This document shows, piece after piece, positions 10,137-23,910 of a DNA stretch of 64,000 bases (position 1 is its first letter; each line of letters starts with the position of its first letter). The stretch is from Octopus sinensis. Taxonomy: Eukaryota. The stretch is from the NCBI RefSeq assembly GCF_006345805.1, contig NC_042997.1, positions 113,088,001-113,152,000 on the forward strand, read 5' to 3'. The notes beneath the pieces were generated by a model that was not told the origin of the DNA, searched no databases, and saw only the letters and a program-made list of their open reading frames with translations. A program made the position numbers and the translations under genes.

Positions 10137-13100
10137 AATATTTATGTCTAGAACTTCATAAAGCTATTGCACAATCGTAAATAAATGGTGTGGTGTTAGT
10201 TCTTATCTGGATAAATGATTTCAATCACTGGATTGTTGCCATCCTGGGGCACCATCTGCAAAGTGTTTAATCAACCATATCAAATCCAGTTGAAATATTT
10301 AGTATAGAACAAATTTTATTGCTCTCTTTTGAATTGTCACACAGCAACCCCTCCACCTACAATAGACAAAAACTGTATGGAATCCCATCATGGGATCTAT
10401 TCCTCTCTTTGAAAGGTAGAATCAATCTGTCACCTTGCATAACACCACTAACACTTGACTCATCAGTGGAATCTACACTGTTACAAATATTGAGACTAGG
10501 ACCCTGGTTAGGGATAAGTGCCTCTTATTGCTCCTTTCCTTCCTCTCCCCCATCTCAGAAACCTTGTAAAAGGGTCCTATACTCTGTCCTTCTACGTAAG
10601 CCATTCAAAATAAAAGACTAGCTTACACCTTCTAAATCTACAAAACTTAATACTCCAAGGTCAACCATGACGTTCTATTTATGTCTCTTCCAATGCAGAT
10701 ATCTTTGTTATTAAACAAGTGATTACGTGTTTTAGATTTCCTTTTCTCTAAATAACATTCGAGTTTCATGTTTGATCTTGCTCCAGCAATATTATGATTT
10801 TATCATTTCTTTTCACTATAATAGTTTATTATTATTATGAAATTTGTTTGATAAATGTCGTATCAGAACTTCAATGATTAACTTTAATATTCTCCCTCCT
10901 TTGATGCAGTTTCATTTCTATTACAACTCTATATCAATCACTTCATCTCTTTACTTTGTTGTTTCTGATTTTTCTTTTTAATATTTCTTTTTTTTTTTAT
11001 GTAGGTCCTGCATTGAATTATTTTCGATTTAGAAATCAATATTTACTAAAATTTGCTATGACCACAATCAAATAAAGACAGACATTATACTCAATTTTAG
11101 AGCTATTCATATCTTTGTTTAGATATATTTCTCACCATTTAAAGTATATTTAAATCAATATTATTGACTAGATATTGACTAAAATATGAAGCAAATTCGT
11201 TCAGCTAATCGAAGCTGTTGGTTTTGTTTTATTGCTTAAACTGTATTTACTCTGGATTCTGTAGTTACATAATCTGTACATATTAAGCAAAAGAGACCGA
11301 AATGAGGTGTTTTCATTAAAAAAACATTAGAATTATCAATCAAACAATTATAATTATGTATTGTACAAACACAGTATGTTATTAAACATGGTGTTAATCA
11401 TTAAAAAAGAAACAAAACAATTTAGTTTCCTGAAATGAACTTGCTAATAACTGGAGATGTGAATTTGTAGAAACATCTTCAATAAATTTCACATAATAGG
11501 GAATATGATTTCCCATATATATATATATATATAGTAGGTACTGTAAATTTAGGGTGAATACTTGATATGTGTAAGCACCTGTATATGCCAGATAGTGGCA
11601 GAGTTGAGAGATAATATATCAAATAAAATTAAAAAGAGAACACAAAGGATATCGCGGTACACGTGTTTCAAGCTCTATAAACAATCTGTTATTACATCAG
11701 TGTATTATTGATATAAAAGATGGTAACAGAGTATATATATATATATATATATATATACTCTGTTACTTGTTTCAGTCATTTGACTGTGGTTATGCTGGAG
11801 CACTGCCTTTAGTCAAGGAAATCAACCCCAGGACTTATTCTTTGTAAGCCTAGTACTTATTGTGTTGATCTCTTTTGCCGAACTGCTAAGTTATGGGGAC
11901 ATAAACACACCAGCATCGGTTGTCAAGCAATGGGGGTGGGGAAAAACACAGCCACACAAACATACACACACACACAAACATACACACACACACACACATA
12001 TATATATACATATATACAATGGGCTTCTTTCAGTTTCCGCCTACCATATCCACTCACAAGGCTTTGGTCGGCCCGAGGCTATAGAAGACACTTGCCCAGG
12101 GTGCCACACGGTGGGATTGAACCCGGAGCCGTGTGGTTGGTAAGCAAGCTACTTACCACACGACCACTTCGATGCCTATGTTCGAAAAATTGTTTGAAAA
12201 CCAATTTGTTCATGATGAGAGGCATTTATAAACTGAGATTCCTGTTTATATATGTACACAAACACACACACACGCACACTCACATGCACGTGTACACACA
12301 TAATAATTGGTGAAGGAGATGGAAGATAGATTTACTACAAATATCTGTTCCATAGGAGTAGAATATTGTGCATTTAGATGCACACAACTTGAAGCACAAA
12401 GTCCTTCCCGCTAAGGGACAAATGCAACATGGATCGAAAGGATTGTCGTGGTGAATAAAAATTTGTACTAAATCCATCTTGCGTTTTCTTCATCAATTAT
12501 AAACTCAACAAACACTGCAGATTCCCTGACGTAGATCCAGTGAAAATTATATCGTAATTGTAGATAACATCAGGTAGCCCAAACAGTGAATGTGCTTTAG
12601 TTGAAATACTAAAAGACACATTCCCAAAGTCTAAGTAGTTACACACACATATATACATGCATACATACATACATATACATATGTGAGTGGTTGGTGTTAG
12701 GGAGGGCATCCAGCTGTAGAAACTTTGCTAGATCAGATTGGAGCCTGGTGCAGCCTCCTGGCTTGCCAGTCCTCATTCAAACTGTCCAACCCATGCCAGC
12801 ATGGAAAGCGGACATTAAGTGACAACGACGATGATGACGACGGCGATGACGACGATGACGACGACGGCGATGACGACGATGACAACGATATATAATATAT
12901 AATATCCTGAATTATAAATTTCACAAGATTATAAACTTGATAATGTAATTTTTCAATTGATTGGTTGTCTGTATGTTAAGGAAGAGTCTCTTCATGCCAG
13001 AATCCATATTCCTGATATTTTTTTCTCATTAATGAAAGGAATGGAAAATATTTTTATCTTTTGGTTTGATTAAATTTTCTTTGTTTTAATTTTTTCTTTT

Positions 13101-13544
13101 AATCATAGAGTCCTTAACATTTATATATAGCCATCATTACAATGTGGAAAGAAGACCTAAGCCCCGCGAATTACTTAGAACAATGTGTTGTATGTAGGGA
13201 ATTAGCGATTAGGAACAATTGATGAAATGAATTGTAAATGTCAAGATTCCGATCGATTGAGATTTTCTCTTTGACTGACAGTGGTTCCTTTGTTGTCAAA
13301 CGAAATCAATGCTAATCAATTTTAATCCAATTTGCTTCTACAAATTTACTTATTTTTGTTGCTTGATACTTTCAATATCGACAAAATTCTTCTACTGCAC
13401 TTGTCTTAACTGACATTATATTCTTTCTCTGTGTTATTGTAACATTTCAAACCAGTTCAAATACATCTAGAAAAAAAAATATATATATATATACATATAT
13501 TAGGTTTAACAGATCAATAATTCACATTACACAGCACACATGCC

Positions 13545-13870
13545 TGTGCGTACATGCATGTGTGAGTGTACATGTGCATGTGTGAGTGTACGTGTGCATG
13601 TGAGTGTATGTGTGAGTGAGTGTGTAAGTGTGTGTATGTGTAAGTGTGTGTGTGTGTGTGTGTGTGCATGTGTAAGGGTAAGGGTGTGTGAGTGTATGTG
13701 TGAGTGTGTATGTGTAAGTGTGTGAGTGTGTGTATGTGTAAGTGTGTGTGTGTGTACGTGTGCATGTGAGGGTAAGGGTGTGTGAGTGTACATGTGAGCG
13801 TGTGTATGTGTAAGTGTGTGTGTGTGTATGTACATGTGTGTGTGTGTGTGTGTGTTGTGTGTGTGTGTGT
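13545..13870. repeat. (GT)-rich compound microsatellite
   Basis: Directly visible. Confidence 0.95.
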
Positions 13871-14387
13871 GTTTGCAAGAAGATGTATGCGTGTGCTCCT
13901 CTCTTCAGCTCATTGCTTTCACTATCTTTTATGCATCACGGTTCATATTTTATTGTTAGTCATGCTTATTGACACAGCTACAAGGAGACATATTTATGAG
14001 TCTACAGTCTATTTACTTGTTTTGTTTATTATGTCTGTTCTTTATTCTATCATTTTACTAATTTTGGTATTGATTTCCAGTGCAGATGTATTGTCTCTGT
14101 GCATTTAGTAGAACGGGAAAATGTTGATGGGGAAACATGTTTCTTTCAGAGGTACTGGTAGTAATGTTGTGGCAGTAATGAGAGCAATAGGCAATAACCA
14201 AAACTAGGATTTCAACTCAGTTTCTTCGTATAATGTCTGCACTTATTCACCTTGATATATATTGTTAAACTACCCTATTTTACAGCATACAAGTCAGCAT
14301 AGTATATCGTGTAAACATCTCCTAATGAGCGTAATGTTTTTATATATTTGTAAGTGGAATGAGTTTTCATCTCTAGCTGGTGATTAT

Positions 14388-14432
14388 CACACACTGAAGA
14401 CAGGTAACTGCCCAGAAACCTGGGTCTGTATG
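14388..14432 (+). ncRNA. Degenerate minimal hammerhead ribozyme motif
   Basis: CACACA-CUGAAGA-CAG(GUAA)CUG-CCCA-GAAA-C(CUGG)G-UC-UGUAUG. The core is intact, but the partner of CCCA in stem II appears to be deleted. Confidence 0.55.
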
Positions 14433-14649
14433 TATCTTATAAGACTAGAGATGGGAGTAATGACCTCCCCTCGCAGATACTAATCAGACTCAGACAGAAT
14501 GTTGTTAGCGAGCTGGAGGAGACGTTTTTTTGGCGCTTAAAACAACAGTAACATCGTCCTCTATGGGACTGCCACATCTAGTTAGCAAATATATTTTACG
14601 ATTCCCTACTGTTACTGTTTACCTCTCACTCAGAGGTTTAATATAGCCT

Positions 14650-14728
<79 letters not shown>

Positions 14729-14938
14729 GCTATATTAAATCTCTGAACGAGATATAAACAGTAGTAATACTGAATCGTGACGTATAATTGCCAACCAAAT
14801 GTGGCGTTCTATACAGGGCAGTGCTACTGATGTTTATAGACATCTCTTCCAGCTGGCTAATGACACACATTTTATATATATATATACATATGAATATATA
14901 TACATATATATATACATACATATATATATACACATATA

Positions 14939-15041
<103 letters not shown>

Positions 15042-15054
15042 TATATATATATTA

Positions 15055-15287
15055 AAGGCGGCGAGCTGGCAGAAACGTTAGCACGCCAGGCAAAATGCTT
15101 AGCGGTATTTTGTCTGCCATTACGTTCTGAGTTCAAATTCCGCCGAGGTCGACTTTACCTTTCATCCTTTCGGGATCGATAAATAAAGTACCAGTTTTGC
15201 ACTGGGGTCGATGTAATCAACTTAATCCGTTTGTCTGTCCTTGTTTGTCCCCTCTATGTTTAGCCCCTTGTGGGCAGTAAAGAAATA
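15055..15287 (+). mobile_element. Family-2 tRNA-derived SINE, near full length
   Basis: Head GGCGGCGAGCTGGCAGAAACGTTAGC. Other copies at 42560-42770, 44404-44634, 46795-46972 (-), 51030-51260 (-) and 53675-53850 (-). Confidence 0.9.
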
Positions 15288-16024
15288 TATATATATAGGC
15301 CCAAGCATGACTGTGTGGTAAGAAGTTCGATTTCTAACCACACAGTTCCGGATTCAGTCCCACTGCATGGCACCTTGGAGAAGTGTCTTCTACCATAGCC
15401 TCAAGCTGGCCAAGGCCTTGTGAGTGGAGCTGGTAGACAGAGACTGAAAGAAACCCGTCATATATGCATTTTTGTATATATGTATGCATCTATGTGTGTG
15501 CATCTTTGTGTCTGCGTTTATTCTCCACCACTACTTGATGAACAGTGTTGGTGTGTTTACATTCCTATAACTTAGCGGTTCAGCAGAAGAGACTGATAGA
15601 ATAAGAATGAGGCTTTAAAAGAACACAAGCTCTGGGGTTGATTTATTCAACTAAAAACCTTTCAAGGCTTCAGCTGGAGTCAAATGACTGAAACAAGTAA
15701 AAGATAAAAGATGTGTGTGTATGTGCTTTTGTCCCCACCACTACTTGACAGCCGGTGTTGGTGTGTTTACATCCCCCATAACTCAGTGGTTCAGCAAAAG
15801 AGACTGAGAAAATGAGAACCCCCTTTTTTGGACAAATTTCAGTCTCTCCAAGGGCCACACTTTTTCACTCGCCATATTTCTCTATGGTGTAGTGACAAGT
15901 AGTGTAGTATTAAAAATAAGATCCTAGGGAGCAGGTTTCAATTCCATATTGAAACAGCTTCCTTTACATCTATATGAGAGACAGAGAGGGGGGAGAGAGC
16001 GGGATGGAGACAGGCAGAGACAGA

Positions 16025-16063
<39 letters not shown>

Positions 16064-17280
16064 AGAGAGTGGGAGGGATAGAAAGAGAGAGAAGATACTC
16101 TTAACTGGTTTTGCATTCATTGGAATATAACATGAGATTTAAGAGAGAGAAACGAGCAATATATGTTAATTATTTTGGTGACAGAAATTGCCATGGAGAC
16201 GTCATGTTGTAGAATTACTGGGCTAATGTTAATGCATGGATGTGCACATGTGGGGGTGTCTGTGTATTTATGTGTATAGAGGAAAGGAAAGAAAGGGAGA
16301 GCATAGAGAGGGAGAAAGAGAAAGAGAGAGAGGTTGGAATTGAAATGAAATACGATGGAGAGATACAATATGTATAGTGTGCATGTGTGTGTGTGCGTGC
16401 ATATATGTGTGTATATGTGCTTGTATGTGTGAGTGTGCATCATCGTCATCATCATCATTATCCTTGTCATCATCATCATCATTATCCTCATCATTATGAT
16501 GATCATCATCATCTTTATTTGATTTCCATTTTCCATGTCACCATGGAAATGATGATGATGATACACACACACACACACACGTGTGCATGTGTGTGTAGGT
16601 GTGTGTTTTTGTTCACATGCTAAGCCTTAAACCCAATCCTTCTCCCAAATATCAACCCCTTGAAACTTCTTTCACCAACTTCTAAATGTCCAAGAGAAAC
16701 ACAGATCCCATTAATCTCACCCTGTTCTCAAAAATCTTCCCCTTGGCACCTTGGACAAGTGTCTTCTACAATAGCCTCGGGCCGCCCAAAGCCTTGTGAG
16801 TGAATTTGGTAGATGGAAACTGAAAGAAGCCCGTCATGACCATCGGCTATCTTTCTTTAATCTCCTAACTTGTGTTTCTTTCTTTCTCTCCATTATAGCT
16901 GGAACAAGGGAGATGTATTCTTGTCTGTCTCCTGTCCAAGCTTGATTTACACATTCACCACCACAACCTCGTTTAGGCTTAGCAGCCCTTCCTGTTTGTT
17001 TTCACTGTCCTGTTTGTTTTACTAATTTTGACCCTCTGCAAAATCCCAAATTCTATTTAATTTGCTTTGCGGGAGCAACTGTTTTATTGAAAGTGTATAT
17101 TGTTGTTAAACGCTTGAAATACGAGACTAGAAAAACAGCAAACAACTGATGAAGGGCCATCCTTTATGTTGTTTTGTTTTCCATTTGCGTCTTTCGTTGT
17201 TTCAAAGAATAGTTCATATTCCAGGTACTCGTACTTTATATTTTTTGTTGTACATGTTTGTGATGTCCTGTACCCACATA

Positions 17281-17317
<37 letters not shown>

Positions 17318-17869
17318 GTATAGATGTAAGTATGTACATATACATATGTATATATGCGTATATATATGTTTGTGTGTCTGTCTCTGTCCCTGCTACCATC
17401 GCTTGACAACCAATGCTGGTGTGTTTATGTCCCCGTAACTTAGTGGTTCAGCAAAAGAGACCAATAGTATAAATACTAGGTTTACAAAGAATAAATCCTG
17501 GGGTTGATGTGTTCAACTAAAGGCAGTGCTCCAGCATGGCCTCGGTCAAATGACTGAAATAAATAGAAGAATAAGAGAATAAAAGAACCAAGGGTACAGT
17601 TCCTTCCTCTCTACACCAAACCAATGAAACAAAGATTGCTGCTGCCCCTTCCATATATATTCCTGGTCTTTTGCTATTTGTCCTCTTACTAGCCAAAATT
17701 GGAAACAAACAGTAAATACAAGCAAATGTTGGACAGGGCTGAGTGACAGACGGGAATGAACATACACTCCTTCCCTCAAAATTTCATCTGTAATTACATT
17801 CCAAACACCAGCTTAATAATGACAAAGGTATTTTATAGAATTCTTCGTTACTTTCAAAATCAATTAAAA

Positions 17870-18480
17870 CAAAAGCCCCCTGACTGGCTCCTGTGCTGGT
17901 GGCACATAAAAAGCACTATCCAAACGTAATCGATGCCAGGGCCACTTGACTGGTTCCCACCCTGTTGGCACATAAAAAGCAGCATCCAAACATGGTCGAT
18001 GCCAGGGCCACCTGACTGACTCCCATGCTGGTGACAAGTAAAAGGCACCATCCAAATGTGGCCGATGCCAGTGCCCCCTGACTGCCTTCTGTGCCGGTGG
18101 GACATAAAAAGCACCATCCAAACGTGGTCGATGCCAGTGCCCCCTGACTGGCTCCTGTGCTGATGGCACATAAAAAGCACCATCCAAACGTGGTCAATGC
18201 CAGTGCCCCCTGTCTGGCTCCTGTGTCGGTGGCACATAAAAAGCACCATCCAAATGTGGCCGATGCCAGTGCTCCCTGACTGGCTCCTGTGCCAGTGGCA
18301 CGTAAAAAGCACCTGCTATACTCTTGGAGTGGTTGGCGTTAGGAAGGGCATCCAGCTGTAGAAACATTGCCAGATCAGATTGGAGTCTGGGGAGGCCTCT
18401 AGGCTTGCCAGTCCCCAGTCAAACCATCCAACCCATGCCAGCATGGAAAGTGGATGTTAAACGACGATAATGATGATGAT
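17870..18480 (+). mobile_element. RTE-type 3' UTR with about seven ~64-bp tandem units and (GAT)n tail
   Basis: Units GCACCATCCAAACGTGGTCGATGCCAG..GGCACATAAAAA, followed by the same GGAGTGGTTGGCGTTAGGAAGGGCATCCAGC tail that follows the RTE ORF at 60883-62680. Confidence 0.85.
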
Positions 18481-19059
18481 GAAAATCAGTTTATTTCAAC
18501 AGAAATGTGGTAAAAAAAAAGGGTTAAATCCTCTGTGAGTGTTTCTGTTATTATCTCAACTGCATTACTAAACGAGAGTGAATGGTGGACAGCAATGAAT
18601 GGTAAACAGAGGTAAATGATAAAATGCAGGTGAAAGGTGAATGGAAGTAGATGATAAGAATGTTGCAAAACTGAATCCTGTCAAATGTGGAAGAGAGTTC
18701 TATAGCAAGGGAGACGATAATGAACCCAGTAGCACCATTGTGACAGGGACCCAGTAAAAGACAAACAAGAATGAATATAGAAATCAGAACAAGATGGTCC
18801 ATGCCGTTTCTTCATTTTATAATTTGACAGATTGTTACAATTCCATTAAAGATTCCTGTGAACTGAACTGGCAGTAAATGACATTGCTAATTAAATTATG
18901 AAATTAATGCTAATCCAGAAATTACTTTCTTCAATGTCTGACATTACTTTAATTGCAAAACAAACGACAAAAGCAAACTGAAATGGAATAAAGAAAGAAA
19001 GGAAAGAAAGAAGGAAGGAAGGAAGGAAACAAAAAATAAACTGTGTTCTTTAATGATTA

Positions 19060-19901
19060 TGATTGGTTGGGGTTGTGATGATGGTGGTGGTGGTGGTGGT
19101 GACCGATGAAAATGATGATGATAGTGGTGATGGTGATGGTGGTGGTGGTGGAGACGATGATGATGATGGTGGTGGTGATGATGACGATGATGACGATGAT
19201 AGTTGTGGTAGTGGTGATGCTGGTGATGACGATGATTGGTTGTGATGATGGTTGCGATGCTGGTAGTGGTGGTGATAATGATGATGATGGTGGTGGCAGT
19301 GATGTTGACAACAGTAATGATGATGATGGTGATGATGGTGCAGGAATAGTGTGGCAATGATGATGATGATGATCACGAGTAAGAAGAGGAGGAGGAAGAA
19401 GAGGGTGCACACATATTTGCACGAGGAATAGATTCAATTTGCAGCTTAATCACTTAGAAAGGAGCATAATTCTCCTAGCTTATGCAACAGCACACACACA
19501 CACAAACATCCTCATACACACTCACATATGTTCCATATACACATGCTCACACACAGGCACACACCCACATACACATGCTCGTACACACACACATGTTCGC
19601 ACATAGACATGCTGACACACAGACACATACACATATATGCATACACTCATACACACACACACACATACAGACACACACATAAACATGCTCACACACACAT
19701 ACACATGTTCACACACACATGTTCACACATAGACATGCTCACACATAGACATGCTCACACACAGACACACATACACATATGCATACACTCATACACCCAC
19801 ATACATACACATGAATGCATACGTACTCACACACACATTCATACAGACACACATGTACACACACTTACATACACATGTTCACACACACACACACACAAAC
19901 A

Positions 19902-19961
<60 letters not shown>

Positions 19962-20395
19962 CACACATATACAGACACAAGCATAAGACAGGGTAATTGA
20001 CCAACATTAAGATGTGGTCAGAGAGGAAAATGATGGAAATTTGAGGTTGAATGAGGACAAGAAGAGGGAGGGAGGGAGGAGGCTGTGCCCCTTGGTCTTT
20101 TACTGAGTACAGAAACCATAAGCATGCAGGAAGTTCATGCGTGTGTGTGTGGGGGGGGGCGTGTATGTGTATGTGCATGCATGTGTGTGTTTGCGCATAC
20201 ATTTGTGTGTGCATGTATGTATGTGTGCATATGTGTGTGCATGTATGTGTGCATGTGTGTGTGCATGTATGTATGTGTACATGTGTGTGTGCATGCATGT
20301 GTGTGTGCACGTGCATGTGTGTGTGTGCATGTATGTATGTATGCATGTATGTATGTGTGTATATTTGTGTGTGTGTGTGTGTGTGTGTGCGTGCG
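19060..20395. repeat. Adjacent (GAT/GGT)n, (CA)-rich and (GT)-rich microsatellite blocks
   Basis: Directly visible; explains all ORFs listed between 18944 and 20481. Confidence 0.95.
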
Positions 20396-21269
20396 CACGC
20401 CTATACATCATTCATCTTTTACTCATTTCAGTTATTGGACTGCAGTCATGCTGGAGCACTGCCTTGAAGGGTTTTAGTTGAACAAATCAACCCCAGTAAT
20501 TATTTTTTAAGCCTGATACTTATTCTATCAGTCTCTTTTACCAATTTCTAGGTTATGGGGTCATAAACAAACCAACACCTGTTGTCAAGTGGTTAGGAGA
20601 AACAAAACACACGCACACAAAGACATACACACACATACACACAAGCACACATACACACACACACTCACTCACATATCCAAATACATTTATCTCTACTCAC
20701 TTCTCTCTAAATAGCTAATAATCTATGACTTCAAATACATAAAATGCCCTTTGACTTTTGCTCCTTCACACATGGACACAGCAAGACCCAAAGGTTAAAG
20801 CATTTGACCTCTTGACCACTTGACCTCTTTCCCACTCCCAAACCTAGCCCTTGTCCTGTGCTCTACTAGTCTGGTCATTACTTACTCAAGTTAACCTCTA
20901 CTTCACATCAACTTGTTATTTCCTAAACAAGTTGGAGTTGCTGATGACTGTTGTTTGCAAATGTGTTTATCGTCCTTTGACCCATCCAAGAATTTAAGCA
21001 GATGATTGGTACTGTCATACGATGGCTACCAATTGTCACGTAGGTCATTGAATGGATGATATAGAGATGCTGGTGGTTGAAATGGGTTCTGGCTGCGGAT
21101 AAATGATGTGCAACATTTGTGGACCATTAACAGAAACTTTATTCACCACACAAAATATTTTCCTTATTGGTCTTGAACTAATTACTCTTTCTACCACAGG
21201 TACAAGGTCTGAAATATGCGAGGGTGAGGTCAATCGATCACATCAAACCCAGTGTTCAACTGGTACTTA

Positions 21270-21950
21270 TTTTATCGAGGCAATGACTAGTGACCGAGAC
21301 CTTTGGAAATATGCTGTGCTTGAGAAGACCTGGCAAGCCAAGAGAGACCATAACCTGTGGCCTATGCCAGTGGTGTGACCAGCCCACTTATATGTACCTT
21401 TCCTTCATTGGACACTAAACTCTACTTGCGAAGAACTGTTGAGGCAAGTGAAATCAAAATCAAATTCGATGACAGCACTGCATGACTGGCATCCGTGCTA
21501 GTGGAGCGCTAAGAGCACCATCCGAGCTTGATCATTGCCAGGACTGCTGACTGGCTCCCGTGCAGGTGGCACGTAAAAAACACCATTTGAGCATGGCTAT
21601 TGCCAGTACTGCCTGACCTGCCCTCTTGCCAGTAGCACATAAAAGCATTTGAGCGTGGTCGTTGCAAGTGCTGCTGGACTGGCTCCTGTGCAGGTGGCAC
21701 GTAAAAACTCCTTTTGAGCATGGTCGTTGCCAGAACTGCCTGAATGGGCCTTGTGCTGGTGCCATGTAAAAGAACCTTCTACACTCTCGGAGTGGTTGGC
21801 ATTAGGAAGGGCATCCAGGTGTGGAAACTTTGCCAGATCAGATGGGAACCTGGCGCAGCCTTCTGGCTTGCCAGTCCTCAGTTAAATCATCCAATCCATC
21901 CCAGTATGGAAAGCAGATGTTAAACAACGACAACGATGATGATGATGATA
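21270..21950 (+). mobile_element. RTE LINE 3' end
   Basis: AMTSDRDLWKYAVLEKT matches the C-terminus at 61296-61559; followed by tandem UTR units and the (GAT)n tail. Confidence 0.85.
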
Positions 21951-23367
21951 ATATATATATATGTCCATTCTCATTCTCTCTCTGTTTATTTTCTTTTATT
22001 CCTTTCTGTTGAAGAGAATAAGTTAAAAACATAAAAGACTTTCTCATTTTCCCCAAGTGTCAAAATAATACACCTGCTTGTTGTTCATACACCTGTCTTC
22101 ATCTTTTGTTTTTCTGTACATTTCAACTATATATATATATGTAAATGGATTATCCTTAATAAGACATTCCATTCTTGATTGGTTGGATCAGAATAAGCTG
22201 GGTTATAAACATCAAAACCCGAAAGACATCATAAAAGACTTGGATGATTCCAGACAGCACACAGATTTGCAAAGTTCTTCCGTTCTAAATTACAGCTGTC
22301 TCTCCTGATTCCTCCGGTTTATAATTATACAAAATTGTTATCACTAACTGATATTAAACAGGAAGCTGTCAATGTTTTACACAGAACTGTAGCCATCAAC
22401 TAACTTGATCTGCCGAATGTAACACGAATCCTCTGTTGACAAATATAAGAGACATTTTATATGACAGCAATACCAAATATATTTTAAGCCTATTAATATG
22501 CAATAAATGCTAAGTACACCATATAACACTTAATGATATTGGTTTTGTGTCTGTAATCAGAGTAGTCTGTTATTAAGAACAGGATTGTCAACAATTCTGT
22601 TGATTTTATGAGTTATTATAGAATTCAATTGTTATTTTTCACAGCTTGTATTAAAATATTTACATTCTATAGTAATGCAGCTAAGACAATAGCAGAAGCA
22701 CTCACAGAAGATTTAATTCTTTTGTTACTACATTTCTGTTGAAATAAACCGTTTTTGCCCCAATTTTGAAAGTAATGAAGAATTTTGTCATTATTCAACT
22801 AGGGTTGGGAACCTAAATTAACATGAAATTTTGGTGGAAGGTCTTAATTTAGATCACTTTAACTCTTTTGTTACCTTATTTTTGTGCAACACACTGACTT
22901 TGTGTCAATTAATTTTCAGAGAATTGAAGGATTTTGTAAAAAAATTTATCATTATTAATCTGGTGTTTGGAACAGAAATTAACATGAAATTTTGACCGAA
23001 AGTTTTAATTTAAATCACTTAAAAAAGAAAAATTTGTAATATAGAACCAGGGCTGTCTCAAATAAGTTGATAAAAAAAGATTTAACCCTTTAGCATTTAA
23101 ACTGCCCATATCCAGTCAAAATATTCTACTTGTTTTACCTTAAAACAGGTCAGATCTGGTCTCTCACACCAATCCTACAATATGTTTTTAAAAATTAATA
23201 GTTACCTCATTCAAATTTAATAGCTATGAGATAATGTCTGATGAATTTAAGACAATATGGATAAATAAGCATTACTTTTGACGAAATAATGCTAAAGGAT
23301 TAACTGTTGGACATAGTTGTCTGTCCTATAATTTACTCTTGGGAGTTCAGAAGAAAGAAATAATCTA

Positions 23368-23601
23368 CAGGGTGGCCCAAAAGTAGGTTTACAGTTATTC
23401 AACTATCTCTTTTGCATTCATATATTAACAGTTTAGATTTAATTATAGAAAAATACAAAACCATTATTCTATGCTAATTTCAGTAATTTTGTCAAGGTCC
23501 CTTTTCAGTTTGTAAGATAGAAATTTAAATGTAATAAAATGTTTTAAAAGAAATTTAAAGTGCCTACGTGATAACTATAAACCTAATTTGGGGCCACCCT
23601 G
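23368..23601. mobile_element. 234-bp Tc1/mariner-type MITE
   Basis: TIRs CAGGGTGGCCC(A/C)AAA(G/T)TAGGTTTA(C/T)AGTT with TA on both sides. Confidence 0.9.
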
Positions 23602-23910
23602 TATAATCAACAGTTAATTGCAAGAATGCAGACTTTTTTCAGATGCTACCATTTTATATTCCAAAATATTTTGATTAGGCATGTCAAGAAATGACCAAAA
23701 TATTTAACCCCACCTCCCACTCCCTAGATGTTTTTTAGACCACAAGAATAAAGCTACAAAGATTTACTGTTTTGGAAGAGTTTTGTGAAAGACACATATT
23801 TCCCACCTTTTTCCCCTAAACTGCCTGTGATGCCCTCCCCTTTCTCATATCTGTCATTGATACTCTTCCCTTTGTTGTAACTCACTATATCCACAGGCAT
23901 GGCTGTGTGG

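Noticed and set aside
11005-11075. Plus-strand acceptor followed by GPALNYFRFRNQYLLKFAMTTIK*
   Set aside because: Good polypyrimidine tract, but no recognisable protein and no supporting upstream exon.
12330-12620. Protein-like minus-strand frames in unique sequence
   Set aside because: Stops in every frame, no convincing splice-site pair and no recognisable motif.
13109-14151. Possible plus-strand exons 13109-13190 (MWKEDLSPANYLEQCV) and 14081-14151 (CRCIVSVHLVERENVDGETCFFQ)
   Set aside because: Splice signals are plausible and the phases can be joined, but such signals are common in AT-rich DNA and the peptide is unrecognised. RNA-seq is needed.
17146-17160. CTGATGA motif at the start of a repeat also present at 36729
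   Set aside because: Only the 5' half of a hammerhead core; no GAAA, stem III or cleavage triplet in the right place.
17870-18310. CRISPR-like appearance of this array and the 61636-62502 array
   Set aside because: Head-to-tail units without unique spacers, embedded in RTE 3' UTRs, no cas genes, and a eukaryotic context.
22001-22037. Hammerhead-shaped relic (CTGTTGA..AAAAC..ATA)
   Set aside because: Several core positions are mutated; it cannot be supported as a ribozyme.
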